From Thermoleophilia bacterium (GTDB taxonomy: Bacteria > Actinomycetota > Thermoleophilia > RBG-16-64-13): a stretch of 64,000 nucleotides of DNA. Below, piece after piece: positions 18,932 to 28,658 of the stretch. The first letter of the stretch is position 1. Each line of letters starts with the position of its first letter. Below the pieces are notes generated by a model. The model saw only the letters and a program-made list of their open reading frames with translations. It ran no database searches and was not told where the DNA came from. The position numbers and the translations under genes are program-made. The stretch lies in NCBI GenBank assembly GCA_040768135.1, contig JAXGNF010000001.1:16257-80256 (forward strand), given 5' to 3'.

Positions 18932-20968
18932 TCATAGGTCTCGGGCGATGGCGAACGCCATGCGCGTAGCCTGGTGCACGTTTGTCACACTCAGACAGTC
19001 GCCGATCTGATGGAACTCAGGCGCGCAGAAACGGAGGGTATCGGCCTCGGCGTTGAGTGACTGCATGCCTGTGGCACAGACGACGGTGTCGGCCTCGTAG
19101 AGCTTTCTGCTGCCTACCTCCGCATCGGCTCTGATCGCTTTGCTGAAGCTGCTGGATTGCAACACGGCTGCTTGGACGGTGGGACTGGGCGGGAGCGTAT
19201 ACGCATCGCCCACGTATTTACCAACGACCCCTGTCTGGGCGATCTCCACGGCTTCCGTTGCGGTCAGGACTCGTATCCCATACTTGTGAATCTCGTTCAT
19301 CAAAGCCAGTCCGTGGACAGGATTGCCGCCGTCGCTGAGGGTTTCCATCATCTCCATGATGGTCACCTCGCGTCCCAGGCCGGCCAAGTAGATAGCCAGT
19401 TCGATCCCCGCGGGCCCGCCCCCCAGAATGATCACTCTATGATCCGTCTTCTCCGGGTGGCGGTAGGCCTGCTCCACATCCAGGACATTGCCGTCTTCCA
19501 CTCCCGGAATCTTCGGCACGCGCGGTCGGGAGCCCAAGGCGGCGATTATCACATCGGCACCGGTTTCCGTCGCGTACTCGGGAGTCACTGCGAGGCCGAG
19601 CCGCACGTCGATCGGCGCACGCGAGACCATGCGTGATTGATAGTCTAGATAATTGGCGAGGAGTCTTTTGAAAGGTACTCTCTCCTCACAGCGAAGGATA
19701 CCGCCGAGTTGCCCTTGTCGCTCGCAGAGGATGACGTGGTGTCCGCGCTCCGCAGCGGTGAGTGCCGCCTGCATGCCGGCCACCCCGCCACCGACTACGA
19801 GGACTCTCTTGGGCCGCGCCGCCGGGAGTGCGTGTCTAGAGTCCTGCTCGAAGCCGATCTCAGGGTTCACGGCACATCGGTTCTGGCGTTTGGTGGTGAT
19901 ACCGGCGAAGCACTCGAAACAGCGGATACACGGCCTTATCTCCTCCGCTCTGCCGGCGCGCGCCTTCTTGGGCAGATCGGGGTCGGCGAACAAGGCTCGG
20001 GCCACCTGGACCACGTCGGCCCGGCCGGAGGCTATGATCTCCTCCATCATCTCGGGATCGTTCAGGGCGCCAACGGTCGCGACCGGGGTGTGCACATACT
20101 TCTTGATCTCGGCTGCGTAGACCACGTTCACTCCGTCGGGCAGGAACATGCTGGGGTGGGTCACCGTGAAAACCTCTGCGACCTCATGGCTCCCGGCCGA
20201 CACGTGGATCAGGTCGACTTTGCCGTCGAACTGCTTGGCAATGGCGACGCCCTCGTCTATGTCGTAGCCACCTTCGTAGCCCTCCGATCCACTGATGCGG
20301 ATCTCTATGGGGTATCCCCTGCCGCATTTCTTCCTGATCCGATCGACGATGGCCAGAGCGAAACGACAGCGGTTCTCGACGCTACCTCCCCACTGATCCT
20401 TACGGTTGTTAACCTTCGAAGACAGGAACTGGGCGAGAAGCCAGCCGTGCCCGGCGTGGATGGTCACCAGGCCAAAGCCGCAGAATTTGGCGAAGGCGGC
20501 GGCATTGCCGAAGGCCTCTATTGTCTCTTCGATGGCCTCGTCGGGCATCGCCGGGACGAATTGCCCAAGGGCGTTCTCACCGTCAACAGCGCCGTAGATC
20601 TGATTACCCCGGGCTGCTGAGATGTAGGCGTTCGCTCCGCAGTGTTGCAGTTCAATGGCCGGGATGGCTCCGTGCCGGCTTATTGCCGATGCTAGGCGGT
20701 ATATAGGGGGGAGCGCTGTGGGATCGTCGAGGTAGAGGTTGCTGAGGCCTATTGGGCCGCGTCTGCTGTCGGGGACGGCAGATCCTACACTCACCGTTGC
20801 CGGCCCTCCGATGGCCTTACGTTCATAGAAAGCGAGGGTCTCGTCGAGTGGATAGTTCTGCGACGAGAGGTACTCATAGCCCACCGGCGCGGCGAAGAGG
20901 CGATTCCGGAAGATCGTGTCCCCCAACTTGATGGGAGTGAAGAGGCGCGGGTATCTACACTTGTACAC
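18932..20968 (-). CDS. 2-enoate reductase / 2,4-dienoyl-CoA reductase family flavoprotein (OYE-like TIM barrel with 4Fe-4S, plus FAD/NAD(P)-binding domain)
   Basis: N-terminal OYE-like domain, Cys cluster RPCIRCFECFAG, and a C-terminal GGGVAG...dinucleotide-binding domain; 678 aa. Confidence 0.8.
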   Translation of the reverse strand: MYKCRYPRLFTPIKLGDTIFRNRLFAAPVGYEYLSSQNYPLDETLAFYERKAIGGPATVSVGSAVPDSRRGPIGLSNLYLDDPTALPPIYRLASAISRHGAIPAIELQHCGANAYISAARGNQIYGAVDGENALGQFVPAMPDEAIEETIEAFGNAAAFAKFCGFGLVTIHAGHGWLLAQFLSSKVNNRKDQWGGSVENRCRFALAIVDRIRKKCGRGYPIEIRISGSEGYEGGYDIDEGVAIAKQFDGKVDLIHVSAGSHEVAEVFTVTHPSMFLPDGVNVVYAAEIKKYVHTPVATVGALNDPEMMEEIIASGRADVVQVARALFADPDLPKKARAGRAEEIRPCIRCFECFAGITTKRQNRCAVNPEIGFEQDSRHALPAARPKRVLVVGGGVAGMQAALTAAERGHHVILCERQGQLGGILRCEERVPFKRLLANYLDYQSRMVSRAPIDVRLGLAVTPEYATETGADVIIAALGSRPRVPKIPGVEDGNVLDVEQAYRHPEKTDHRVIILGGGPAGIELAIYLAGLGREVTIMEMMETLSDGGNPVHGLALMNEIHKYGIRVLTATEAVEIAQTGVVGKYVGDAYTLPPSPTVQAAVLQSSSFSKAIRADAEVGSRKLYEADTVVCATGMQSLNAEADTLRFCAPEFHQIGDCLSVTNVHQATRMAFAIARDL

Positions 20969-20977
20969 CTTCAGGTC

Positions 20978-21253
20978 CTACCTCTCTCGCGATTGCGTTT
21001 GGTCCTTGATCCATCCGGCTGCCGACACTCCAGTGGCGGGATCGTACTCACGTTCCCGCTCGAACGCCTCGGGGTAATCCCGCTTCCAGCCGGCCATCTC
21101 TTCGTCGGTGACCTTCTGCACCTCCACCAGGAAGCCGCTCACCACCATCCCGGTGGCTCTTTTGGAGGAGCCGATGTGGGCTGTATGGCCACTTGATGTG
21201 GTGGGGCATGCTATCTGTAATCCCGTGGTTTGCCGCGAAGCAGTCGAGGTCAC
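20978..21253 (-). CDS. Small hypothetical protein (possibly shorter, from the ATG at 21148)
   Basis: ORF only; no convincing RBS. Weak call. Confidence 0.2.
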   Translation of the reverse strand: MTSTASRQTTGLQIACPTTSSGHTAHIGSSKRATGMVVSGFLVEVQKVTDEEMAGWKRDYPEAFEREREYDPATGVSAAGWIKDQTQSRER

Positions 21254-21383
21254 CTCTCAGACCTACTGGCGGTCGTTGGCTATCCTTTCGACCGGCTCAC
21301 ACTGATGAATCCTAGCCGGTGAGTCCCAACAGGCTATCTCTTTGTTTCTCGACCTCGTGACTTCTGGCCGCTTTTTCTATCAC

Positions 21384-22751
21384 TCAGGTCCTCCAAGCCC
21401 GGCCTGTCTCTATCATGGCTTTGAGCGTCTCCGGTTTGGCGTCGTCGACCACCGCGCCGCTCATGAGCATGAAGCCGCCGTCTCCGGCGCACGTATCAAG
21501 CAGCTTGGTTACATATTCCTCGACCTCTTGTGCAGTACCGAGGGCCAGTAGCGAGCTTGGTACGTTGCCGGCTATGCAGGCCCGACCCTCGAGGGCGCGC
21601 TTGGCAGCAGCCATATCTGTCTGATCGAACAGCCAGATGACGCTTCCCGCTGGTATCTCGTCGTCGGCGATCACGTCGAGGCGAGAGTTGTACCCGCCTT
21701 CGGCAAACATGACCGGAACCAGGCCCTGGTCTATCACCCCGTTCATCACGGCCTTCAGGGTCGGCCAGTAGAACGTGCGGAAATCGGCATCGGACATGAA
21801 GCCGTCGGCCCCCTTATGCAGGACGAAGATGATTAGGGGTGCGTCCCCAAGCGCGGCTTGACCGAGAGCCCAATCGATCATGAGTGGGGTGAGGCGCTCC
21901 ACCGCCGCGAGTATCTTCTCTGGTTGTCTAAAGCGGTCCATGGCGATGCCCCTGGTGCCCCGTAGGGTATCGGCAAGAACATCATAGGGGGCCTTTGCAA
22001 GGCCTGCCGCTATGGGTGGGATTCCCAGGCGTGCGGCTGCGTCGGTATTTGCCGCTCCTACTGTTGACAGATAGCGGATACTCTCCTCAGCAGCCTCGGC
22101 AAGCCGACGCACACCATCCAAAACAGCGGGGTCGGCGAACGGCAGGATGTTGACAGGGATCATCGACGCTTCCATGATATTTGCGAACGATTCGAGTCCT
22201 GCCAAGGCGGCGAAGGAAGAGCCGATACGTGGGAGAAATGTCCGTCGGAAATAGTCTGACGGATCGGCGATGAGCGCATCGTACTCATGGGGTTTCATGT
22301 ACTCAGCTTCGAGGTACTGCCACGGTGTGTTGTCATCGACTCCGCGGCCCGGCCACTGTATAAACTGTAGGCCCAGAAGGTCGAAGACGGGCGCGGGGGG
22401 CGCTGGCTGGGACTGGTAATCGGGCCGGAACTCCTCATAGAAGGCGATCTGAGCCGCTGCCAGTCTCTCATAGTCGTACATGGCTTCTCTGTGCGAGAGG
22501 CCGGCGTAACGCACCGGATAGAAGCCCATCATCGGGGACACGGGTACGCGGTCGGGCTTGAGAAGCCGCAGGGCATCGATGAGCAGCTGCACTCGTTCGG
22601 CATACGCTGAGCGGGCTGAGGTGGTTGCGAAGGGGACGTTCTTGGCGCCTATCCAGCGCCGGAGGCGGCGGGCCCGCCGTTCTCGCCACTTCAGCCGATC
22701 CCAACCAGGGATCAGCAGGTCGTTCGGTACCGGCTTGTCGACGTCATTCAT
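21384..22751 (-). CDS. Uroporphyrinogen decarboxylase (URO-D)/MtaA-like family protein (putative methyltransferase)
   Basis: C-terminal ...FAEGGYN...CIAGNVPSSLLALGTAQEVEEYVTKLLDTCAGDGGFMLMSGAVVDDAKPETLKAMIE resembles the URO-D/MtaA family core. Confidence 0.5.
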   Translation of the reverse strand: MNDVDKPVPNDLLIPGWDRLKWRERRARRLRRWIGAKNVPFATTSARSAYAERVQLLIDALRLLKPDRVPVSPMMGFYPVRYAGLSHREAMYDYERLAAAQIAFYEEFRPDYQSQPAPPAPVFDLLGLQFIQWPGRGVDDNTPWQYLEAEYMKPHEYDALIADPSDYFRRTFLPRIGSSFAALAGLESFANIMEASMIPVNILPFADPAVLDGVRRLAEAAEESIRYLSTVGAANTDAAARLGIPPIAAGLAKAPYDVLADTLRGTRGIAMDRFRQPEKILAAVERLTPLMIDWALGQAALGDAPLIIFVLHKGADGFMSDADFRTFYWPTLKAVMNGVIDQGLVPVMFAEGGYNSRLDVIADDEIPAGSVIWLFDQTDMAAAKRALEGRACIAGNVPSSLLALGTAQEVEEYVTKLLDTCAGDGGFMLMSGAVVDDAKPETLKAMIETGRAWRT

Positions 22752-22883
22752 CAGAGCCTCCAGGTTAGACTCCTACGTTCCTCATAGGCCGGGCAGACGC
22801 GCCCCGGTTCTGACCCTTCCAACCTACGCCTCGCCATCTCATTCGGTAAACTCCTCCATAGTCACGAAGCGATTCTGAGGGAG

Positions 22884-23123
22884 TTGTTCTTGGGGAGCGA
22901 AAGCAGACCGACGGTGACGGTAGAGACACTCCCCCCGCGCAGGGGATATCCGGCAAAAGACGTATGCTTGATCCCCGGCATGACACTGGGGGAGCTTATG
23001 GAGATCCTCCAGTTGCCCGGCAACACCGAGGCCGTGATCGTAAACGACGTGTATGTACGGCCCGACTACCGGTTGCAGGCTGGCGACCGAATAAAGGTCA
23101 TCCCGTTCATGTCGGGTGGTTGA
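22884..23123 (+). CDS. MoaD/ThiS-like beta-grasp sulfur-carrier-type protein ending in Gly-Gly
   Basis: 79 aa ending ...DRIKVIPFMSGG. Lies divergent from the AOR operon end. Confidence 0.5.
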   Translation: MFLGSESRPTVTVETLPPRRGYPAKDVCLIPGMTLGELMEILQLPGNTEAVIVNDVYVRPDYRLQAGDRIKVIPFMSGG

Positions 23124-23139
23124 ACGCACGCTTAGCAGG

Positions 23140-24984
23140 TTAGACCAGAAGCTCTGCGACCAGGTCATCCAGGCCGTACTTCTTCAGGGTGTCGGGTAGC
23201 GGTATGCCGGTCTCGACATCCCAGCCCATCTGCTCGTAGTAGTTGTCGCGAATCGTATCCCAGTGCTCTCGTATACCAATGCCCGCAGCGGGTCCGTCGA
23301 GTGGGGTGGAGCTGTAGCGGACCGACGGCGCCTCCATCTCCTTGTTGAGGCCGTGACGGAAGTTGAACATCCGCATCAGGTTGACGATGCGAAGGCCCAT
23401 CTCTTTCGCGCTCTCTATGTCCCAATCCCAGCCGGTAACGGCGTTGATGATCTCCAAGGTGAGAGCCAGACTGGGCGTGCAAAGGCGGCAGATACCTAGA
23501 GAATCCTCGACATTGCGGCCTCCGTTGAGCCAGGCGTTCATGGTTGACATAGCAATTGGGTCGAACCGGTCTTTCACTCGTTCCAAGCCTAGGTTGGGCG
23601 GGGTGAACAAATGACCGCCGGTTTCGATGGTGCCGGTATTGGAAAGGCAGGTATCGATGAATTCCGACCAGTGGCCCCGGTGGTCGTGACCGCGGGGAGT
23701 GGCTCCCTTCATGGTGTAGACGCAACAGTCCTGGGCTTCGCCCCCGACCCTCTCGGCCGACCGCTTGGTGCCCTCGGCAAAGAGATCACCGCAGCCTTCC
23801 CGGTGGGCGATCTTTCTCAAGATGGAGGCGACCGCTTCAGAGTCACCCCAGTTCATCTCGATCCCGTCAAAGTCGTCTGTGGTCAAGTAGCCTTTTTCGT
23901 AGCACTCCATGAACCAGGCGATCATGTAGCCTGATTCGTTGATGTCGAGCCCCAGCCGGTCGACGAGATTGCAGAGATAGAACGTGTCGGCCGGATCAGT
24001 CATGCCGATCAGGGGTCCCATCTCGGCCGTTCCCTCGTATTCGGGTTCTTCGCCGACGAAACCGGCGTACCGCCCCTCCGGCAACTGCGAGATACGGCAA
24101 TGGGCGATAGAGCACATCCAACAGGCAGAGGGTTTGTTCGGAAAATGCTCGCGCATGTATTCTGGTGTGTACTTGTTGCCCTCGGGCCAGACATTGGTTG
24201 TGTAATTGCGCATGGGGACTGCGCCCATGGCGGCGAGCGGGACCAATCCAGCGTTGGTGCCGAACTTGACCAGACCGGGGTCGACTTCCTCGGTGAACTT
24301 GGCCAGCTCCTTCGCCTTGGCCACCAGGAGCTCGGGATTCTCCACCCGGGGCTTCACATTGCCTTTGACTGCCGAGAAGCACTTGAGCTTCTTCGAACCC
24401 ATGACCGCGCCTACCCCGTTATGAGCGGCCACGTGGCCACGGTCGCCTACGATCGCTGAAAAACGAACGAGATGTTCGCCTGCGGGACCAATACTGTAGA
24501 CGCTGCACCTACCTTTGGTCTCAGCTTTGACGGCATCTTCGGTCTCCCAGGTGTCCAGTCCTACCAGATGCTCGGCGTCAAGCAGATGGACCGTGCCGTC
24601 CTGGATGTGAAGGCGCGTCCACTTGTCTGCAGCTCCCTGGACGATGACGCCGTCAATGCCGTTCGTCCGCATGAAAGCGCCCATGAACCCGTTGGCCTGA
24701 GCCGTCCCGGCCATGCCGGTGCAGGCCCCGAGAGTGGTGACGGAGAAGGTCCCCGATCCACAAACCCTTGTCCCTGCCAGAGGGCCGGTGAAGAAGGTCA
24801 GCCGGTTTTCAGGATCCGACCACTTCACGCCGGCGGGAACCTCGTCCCAGAGATATTTGGTGGCGAGGCCGGTGCCGCCTACGTACTTAGCGGTAGTCTC
24901 TCCATCGATGATTTCTTCGGTGATCTCGCCGCTTCCGAGGTCGACCCGCAGAATGCGTAATGTGTATGGTCCTTCTCCTGACAT
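23140..24984 (-). CDS. Aldehyde:ferredoxin oxidoreductase family tungsten enzyme (AOR paralog 1)
   Basis: N-terminal ...ILRVDLGSGEI... AOR domain with conserved AOR core motifs. The ATG at 24984 has an AAGGAG RBS. Confidence 0.85.
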   Translation of the reverse strand: MSGEGPYTLRILRVDLGSGEITEEIIDGETTAKYVGGTGLATKYLWDEVPAGVKWSDPENRLTFFTGPLAGTRVCGSGTFSVTTLGACTGMAGTAQANGFMGAFMRTNGIDGVIVQGAADKWTRLHIQDGTVHLLDAEHLVGLDTWETEDAVKAETKGRCSVYSIGPAGEHLVRFSAIVGDRGHVAAHNGVGAVMGSKKLKCFSAVKGNVKPRVENPELLVAKAKELAKFTEEVDPGLVKFGTNAGLVPLAAMGAVPMRNYTTNVWPEGNKYTPEYMREHFPNKPSACWMCSIAHCRISQLPEGRYAGFVGEEPEYEGTAEMGPLIGMTDPADTFYLCNLVDRLGLDINESGYMIAWFMECYEKGYLTTDDFDGIEMNWGDSEAVASILRKIAHREGCGDLFAEGTKRSAERVGGEAQDCCVYTMKGATPRGHDHRGHWSEFIDTCLSNTGTIETGGHLFTPPNLGLERVKDRFDPIAMSTMNAWLNGGRNVEDSLGICRLCTPSLALTLEIINAVTGWDWDIESAKEMGLRIVNLMRMFNFRHGLNKEMEAPSVRYSSTPLDGPAAGIGIREHWDTIRDNYYEQMGWDVETGIPLPDTLKKYGLDDLVAELLV

Positions 24985-25037
24985 GGGAACGTTCTCCTTC
25001 TGTAGTCCCACAGTAGTCCGACACAGGCAGCCTTTCG

Positions 25038-25889
25038 TCAGCCGGCGCCTCCCGACAGGTTGATGTCTTCTCCAGTGATGTACTTTGCCCGGTCGGACAC
25101 CAAGAACGACACTAGGTCGGCGATGTCCTGTGGGGTGCCCAGGCGGCCTAGAGGGATGGGAGGAGGGCCGGCCTGACCCGTGGGGCCTGTCGTACCGGCC
25201 TTCAGCGATTCCTCGACACTGACGCCTCGTTCCGCCGCCTGTCTGGCAACGCTATCGTCGCGGAAATTGGTGTCGAACCCGCCGGGATTGATGGCGTTGA
25301 CGTTAATCTTGTAGGGGGCGAGCTCCATGGCAAGGGTTTTCATGAGACCCAGCAGGCCGTGTTTTGAGGCGGCATAACCGGCTCCTCCCGGGTAGGGCCC
25401 GACGCCGGCCATGGAGGAGACCAAGACGATCTTCTTGCCTTCGGGGTTGGGGATCATGGTCTTGGCCACCTCTTTGCAGACCAAGAAGGCGCCGGTGAGG
25501 TTGATGTCGAGGAGCATCCCCCAGGTCTCCTCATCAAGATCGACTACCGGCACAGGGACCGGGCCGCGTATCCCCACGCAGTGCACCAAGATGTCGATCT
25601 TACCGCACTCTTCGAGGGCCCAGGCCACTAGGGCCTCGACGTCGGCGCTCTTGCTGACGTCGCAGGTCAAGGGAACGCCCTTGCGACCCAGGGCTCGTAT
25701 TTCGGCTACGACGTCGTCCAAGCCCTGCCACCCCTGGTCCTCGGCCCAGATAGTCTTCGGCACGGCGAACTTGTCGGCTACCACCACATCGGCGCCATCT
25801 TTGGCCAATTGCACCGCGATGGCACGGCCCATACTCCGCTTGGCCGCTGCTCCGGTCACCAGGGCGACTTTGCCGGTCAACCCGCTCAT
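25038..25889 (-). CDS. SDR family oxidoreductase
   Basis: TGAAAKRSMG Rossmann motif with a catalytic Y...K. Confidence 0.8.
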   Translation of the reverse strand: MSGLTGKVALVTGAAAKRSMGRAIAVQLAKDGADVVVADKFAVPKTIWAEDQGWQGLDDVVAEIRALGRKGVPLTCDVSKSADVEALVAWALEECGKIDILVHCVGIRGPVPVPVVDLDEETWGMLLDINLTGAFLVCKEVAKTMIPNPEGKKIVLVSSMAGVGPYPGGAGYAASKHGLLGLMKTLAMELAPYKINVNAINPGGFDTNFRDDSVARQAAERGVSVEESLKAGTTGPTGQAGPPPIPLGRLGTPQDIADLVSFLVSDRAKYITGEDINLSGGAG

Positions 25890-26728
25890 AGTAGACCTCG
25901 CTCTCTCAGGTACCCTTCGATGTTGAAGGTGGCCTGTTGGGACAGGACGGGCTGGCCTCCTGCGACGCAGAGAGTCTGCCCGGTCACGAAGTCGGACAGT
26001 TCGGACGCGAAGAATAGGGCAGCCCCCGCGATGTCTTTGGGGGTCCCCATCCTGCCCAGCGGCACCTCGTGTTTTGACACGGCTGCGAAGAACGCGTCTC
26101 TTTCCGGTCCGGGCGGCATCAGGGAATCCCAGAAGGGGGTCTCGATCGGGCCAGGGACGATGGTGTTGACGCAGATATTGAAGGGAGCAAGCTCGAAGGC
26201 GAGGTTCAGGGCGAGCCCCAACACTCCCGCCTTGGCCGCATGGTAGTGGAGGACCGAGACCACCGGAGACACGGCTCCCATTGACGAGACGAAGACGACC
26301 TTACCGGACTGCTTCTGTTTCATGGTGGGAAGGACGCGTTCAGTGACCAGCCAGGGGCCTTTGAGGTTAATGGCAAGTATCCGATCCCACTCGACTTCGT
26401 CAAAGGTGCCGGTCGCTCCGCTTGCGTGGGTGCCGGGGACGCCGCCTGCGTTGTTAATGAGGATGTCGATGGTCCCGAACTCCTCGAGGGTCGTCGCCAC
26501 CATCGTCGCCACCTCGGCACTATTGGTGATGTCGGCTTTGACGGCGAGGGCCTTGCCACCTTGGGCCGCCACCTCAGCGGCCACGTTCTGGGCGCCGTCG
26601 AGGTCAAGGTCGCACAACACTACTCCTGCTCCCTCTTCAGCGAACTTCAAGGCTATGCCTTTGCCCATGCCTTTTGCTCCGCCGGTCACGATTGCCACTT
26701 TGTCTTTGAGCAACATGTTCTGCTCCAT
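25886..26728 (-). CDS. SDR family oxidoreductase
   Basis: VTGGAKGMGKGIA motif; 4-nt overlap with the downstream SDR gene. Confidence 0.8.
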   Translation of the reverse strand: MEQNMLLKDKVAIVTGGAKGMGKGIALKFAEEGAGVVLCDLDLDGAQNVAAEVAAQGGKALAVKADITNSAEVATMVATTLEEFGTIDILINNAGGVPGTHASGATGTFDEVEWDRILAINLKGPWLVTERVLPTMKQKQSGKVVFVSSMGAVSPVVSVLHYHAAKAGVLGLALNLAFELAPFNICVNTIVPGPIETPFWDSLMPPGPERDAFFAAVSKHEVPLGRMGTPKDIAGAALFFASELSDFVTGQTLCVAGGQPVLSQQATFNIEGYLRERGLL

Positions 26729-26753
26729 GTCCGAGGGAGCCGTATAGCGCTCC

Positions 26754-28649
26754 CTATTCTGTTGATAGGACGTCTTCTAGACCGAGGGCGGTGATGCGCT
26801 CTTTCGCTATGGCCCCCGTCTCAAAATCGAAACCCATGGCTTCATAGAACTGTCGTTTGAGACCCTCGGAGTCGATAGTCACGCCCTTGAGGGTTCCTGT
26901 TTGCAATGGAGGGTTGCCCCTAGCGCGTTCGGGCAGCTTGAAGTCGCCGGGTGTGAAGCCCTCGCGTAAGTTGAAGGCGTGGAGGAGGGTGGTGATCCTG
27001 TAGCCCGTCTCCACTATCTCGTCGTAGTCGAGGCCCCAGCCGGTAATCGCGTTCATGCATCCCAGAAAATCCAGGGGCATGCTGTCGATGCCGAAGAGGC
27101 AGGCGCCCGATGTATTGACCCAGTGCTGCCACCCTGCCAGTATGGCATGGTACTTGCCCTTGTCGGTGGGATCATACGGGTCCATTTGGAAGGGGACTCC
27201 CATGCCCGCATACGCCCTTTCGTTGACTCCGCCGTGCTCCGCGAAGGCCGTGCCGCCCCGGGTATGTCTGCCGGGCGTCGAGTCAGAGATATAGGTGGCC
27301 CCCCAACCGGGGAAACAGCGGGGATCATGCATGGCAAGCATCTCGCCTCCCGCGTGCATGGCGAACTGTTCCGCACCCCCACCGATCTTCTCGGCCGCCC
27401 ACTTGGCGCCGTCGGCAAGGATATCGCCGATGCCCTCACGTCGACACATCTTTTCGAGCACTCCCACATGGGCGTCGCTGTTGCCCCAAGTGAGCTCCAG
27501 ACCGTCGGTATCGGCCCTGGTGATGATGCCGTTCTCGTAGCATTCGATGGCGAACGCCACGGTGGCGCCTGCCGAGATGGTGTCGAGCCCGTAGAGGTTG
27601 CAAAGCTCGTTCGCCCAGATGAGCGACTCCATGTCATCGTTGAGACACATGGGCCCAAAGGCAGCCAGCGTCTCGTATTCAGGCTTATGTGTGTCGCTCA
27701 CCGGATATCGACCGTCTTCGACGGTGAGGACTGAGCCACAGGCCACCGGACAGGTCGCACACGCATACTTCTTTTTTACATACTTGGCCATGCCGTTCCA
27801 GGCCACCGAGTCCCACCTGGGCTCGGGGAAGTCTTCGATGTTGTTGCCGCTCCAGTTCTTAATAGGAACGTCGTGATCGTGCATGTGCATGATCATGGCT
27901 CCCGGAGTGCCACCGTGAGTGAGACCGAAGAACATCCCCGAAGGGTTCTCCTTAGTCTCTCGGATCATCTCCTTCATCATGGCTTTGATGGCCGGTCTAT
28001 CGAGGACTTCAGGACGCATGCTTCCTGTGCAGGCGACCGCTTTGAGATTCTTGGAGCCCATGACCGCGCCCAGGCCGGACCGGGCTGCCGCTCTACCCCG
28101 GTCGTTCATCACGGCGGCGATCCGAGCCAGGCGCTCCCCGCCCGGACCGATGACCGCCACCTTCAAGCTCCTATCGCCGTTCTCCTCCCGGATCATCTCC
28201 TCGGCGACGGCGGTGTCCTTACCCCAGAGGTGGCGGGCGTCTTTGAGCTCCGCGGTGCCATCTCGAATAAGCAAGTAGACCGGCTGCTCGGCCTTTCCTT
28301 CGAAGAAGACCAAGTCATAGCCGCCCGCTTTGAAGGCGTTGGCGAAATCGCCCCCGCAGTTCGCGTCGCCCCAGTAGCCGGTCAGGGGCGACTTACCCAT
28401 GGTGGCAAAGCGGCAGGTAGAGTAGACGCCGGAAAGGGTCAATGGGCCTGTGCCTATGCCAAAGATGTTGTCTGGTCCGAGGGGGTCTACACCGGGCCTC
28501 ATGCGCTCCATGATGACCCGGGCGCCGATGCCGTAGCCGCCGACGAACCGCCGGGCGGTCTCCTCCGAGAGCTCCTCTTCGTGGAAGGTCCTGTTTGTCA
28601 GGTCGACGAAAAGGAGCCTCCCCATATATCCGTATCCAGCTCGTGCCAT
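26754..28649 (-). CDS. Aldehyde:ferredoxin oxidoreductase family tungsten enzyme (AOR paralog 2)
   Basis: 631 aa with an AOR N- and C-domain pattern paralogous to 23140..24984. Confidence 0.85.
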   Translation of the reverse strand: MARAGYGYMGRLLFVDLTNRTFHEEELSEETARRFVGGYGIGARVIMERMRPGVDPLGPDNIFGIGTGPLTLSGVYSTCRFATMGKSPLTGYWGDANCGGDFANAFKAGGYDLVFFEGKAEQPVYLLIRDGTAELKDARHLWGKDTAVAEEMIREENGDRSLKVAVIGPGGERLARIAAVMNDRGRAAARSGLGAVMGSKNLKAVACTGSMRPEVLDRPAIKAMMKEMIRETKENPSGMFFGLTHGGTPGAMIMHMHDHDVPIKNWSGNNIEDFPEPRWDSVAWNGMAKYVKKKYACATCPVACGSVLTVEDGRYPVSDTHKPEYETLAAFGPMCLNDDMESLIWANELCNLYGLDTISAGATVAFAIECYENGIITRADTDGLELTWGNSDAHVGVLEKMCRREGIGDILADGAKWAAEKIGGGAEQFAMHAGGEMLAMHDPRCFPGWGATYISDSTPGRHTRGGTAFAEHGGVNERAYAGMGVPFQMDPYDPTDKGKYHAILAGWQHWVNTSGACLFGIDSMPLDFLGCMNAITGWGLDYDEIVETGYRITTLLHAFNLREGFTPGDFKLPERARGNPPLQTGTLKGVTIDSEGLKRQFYEAMGFDFETGAIAKERITALGLEDVLSTE

Positions 28650-28658
28650 GCCGACCTC

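Noticed and set aside
19709-20620. 303-aa plus-strand ORF opposite enoate reductase 1
   Set aside because: Antisense shadow ORF with no motifs.
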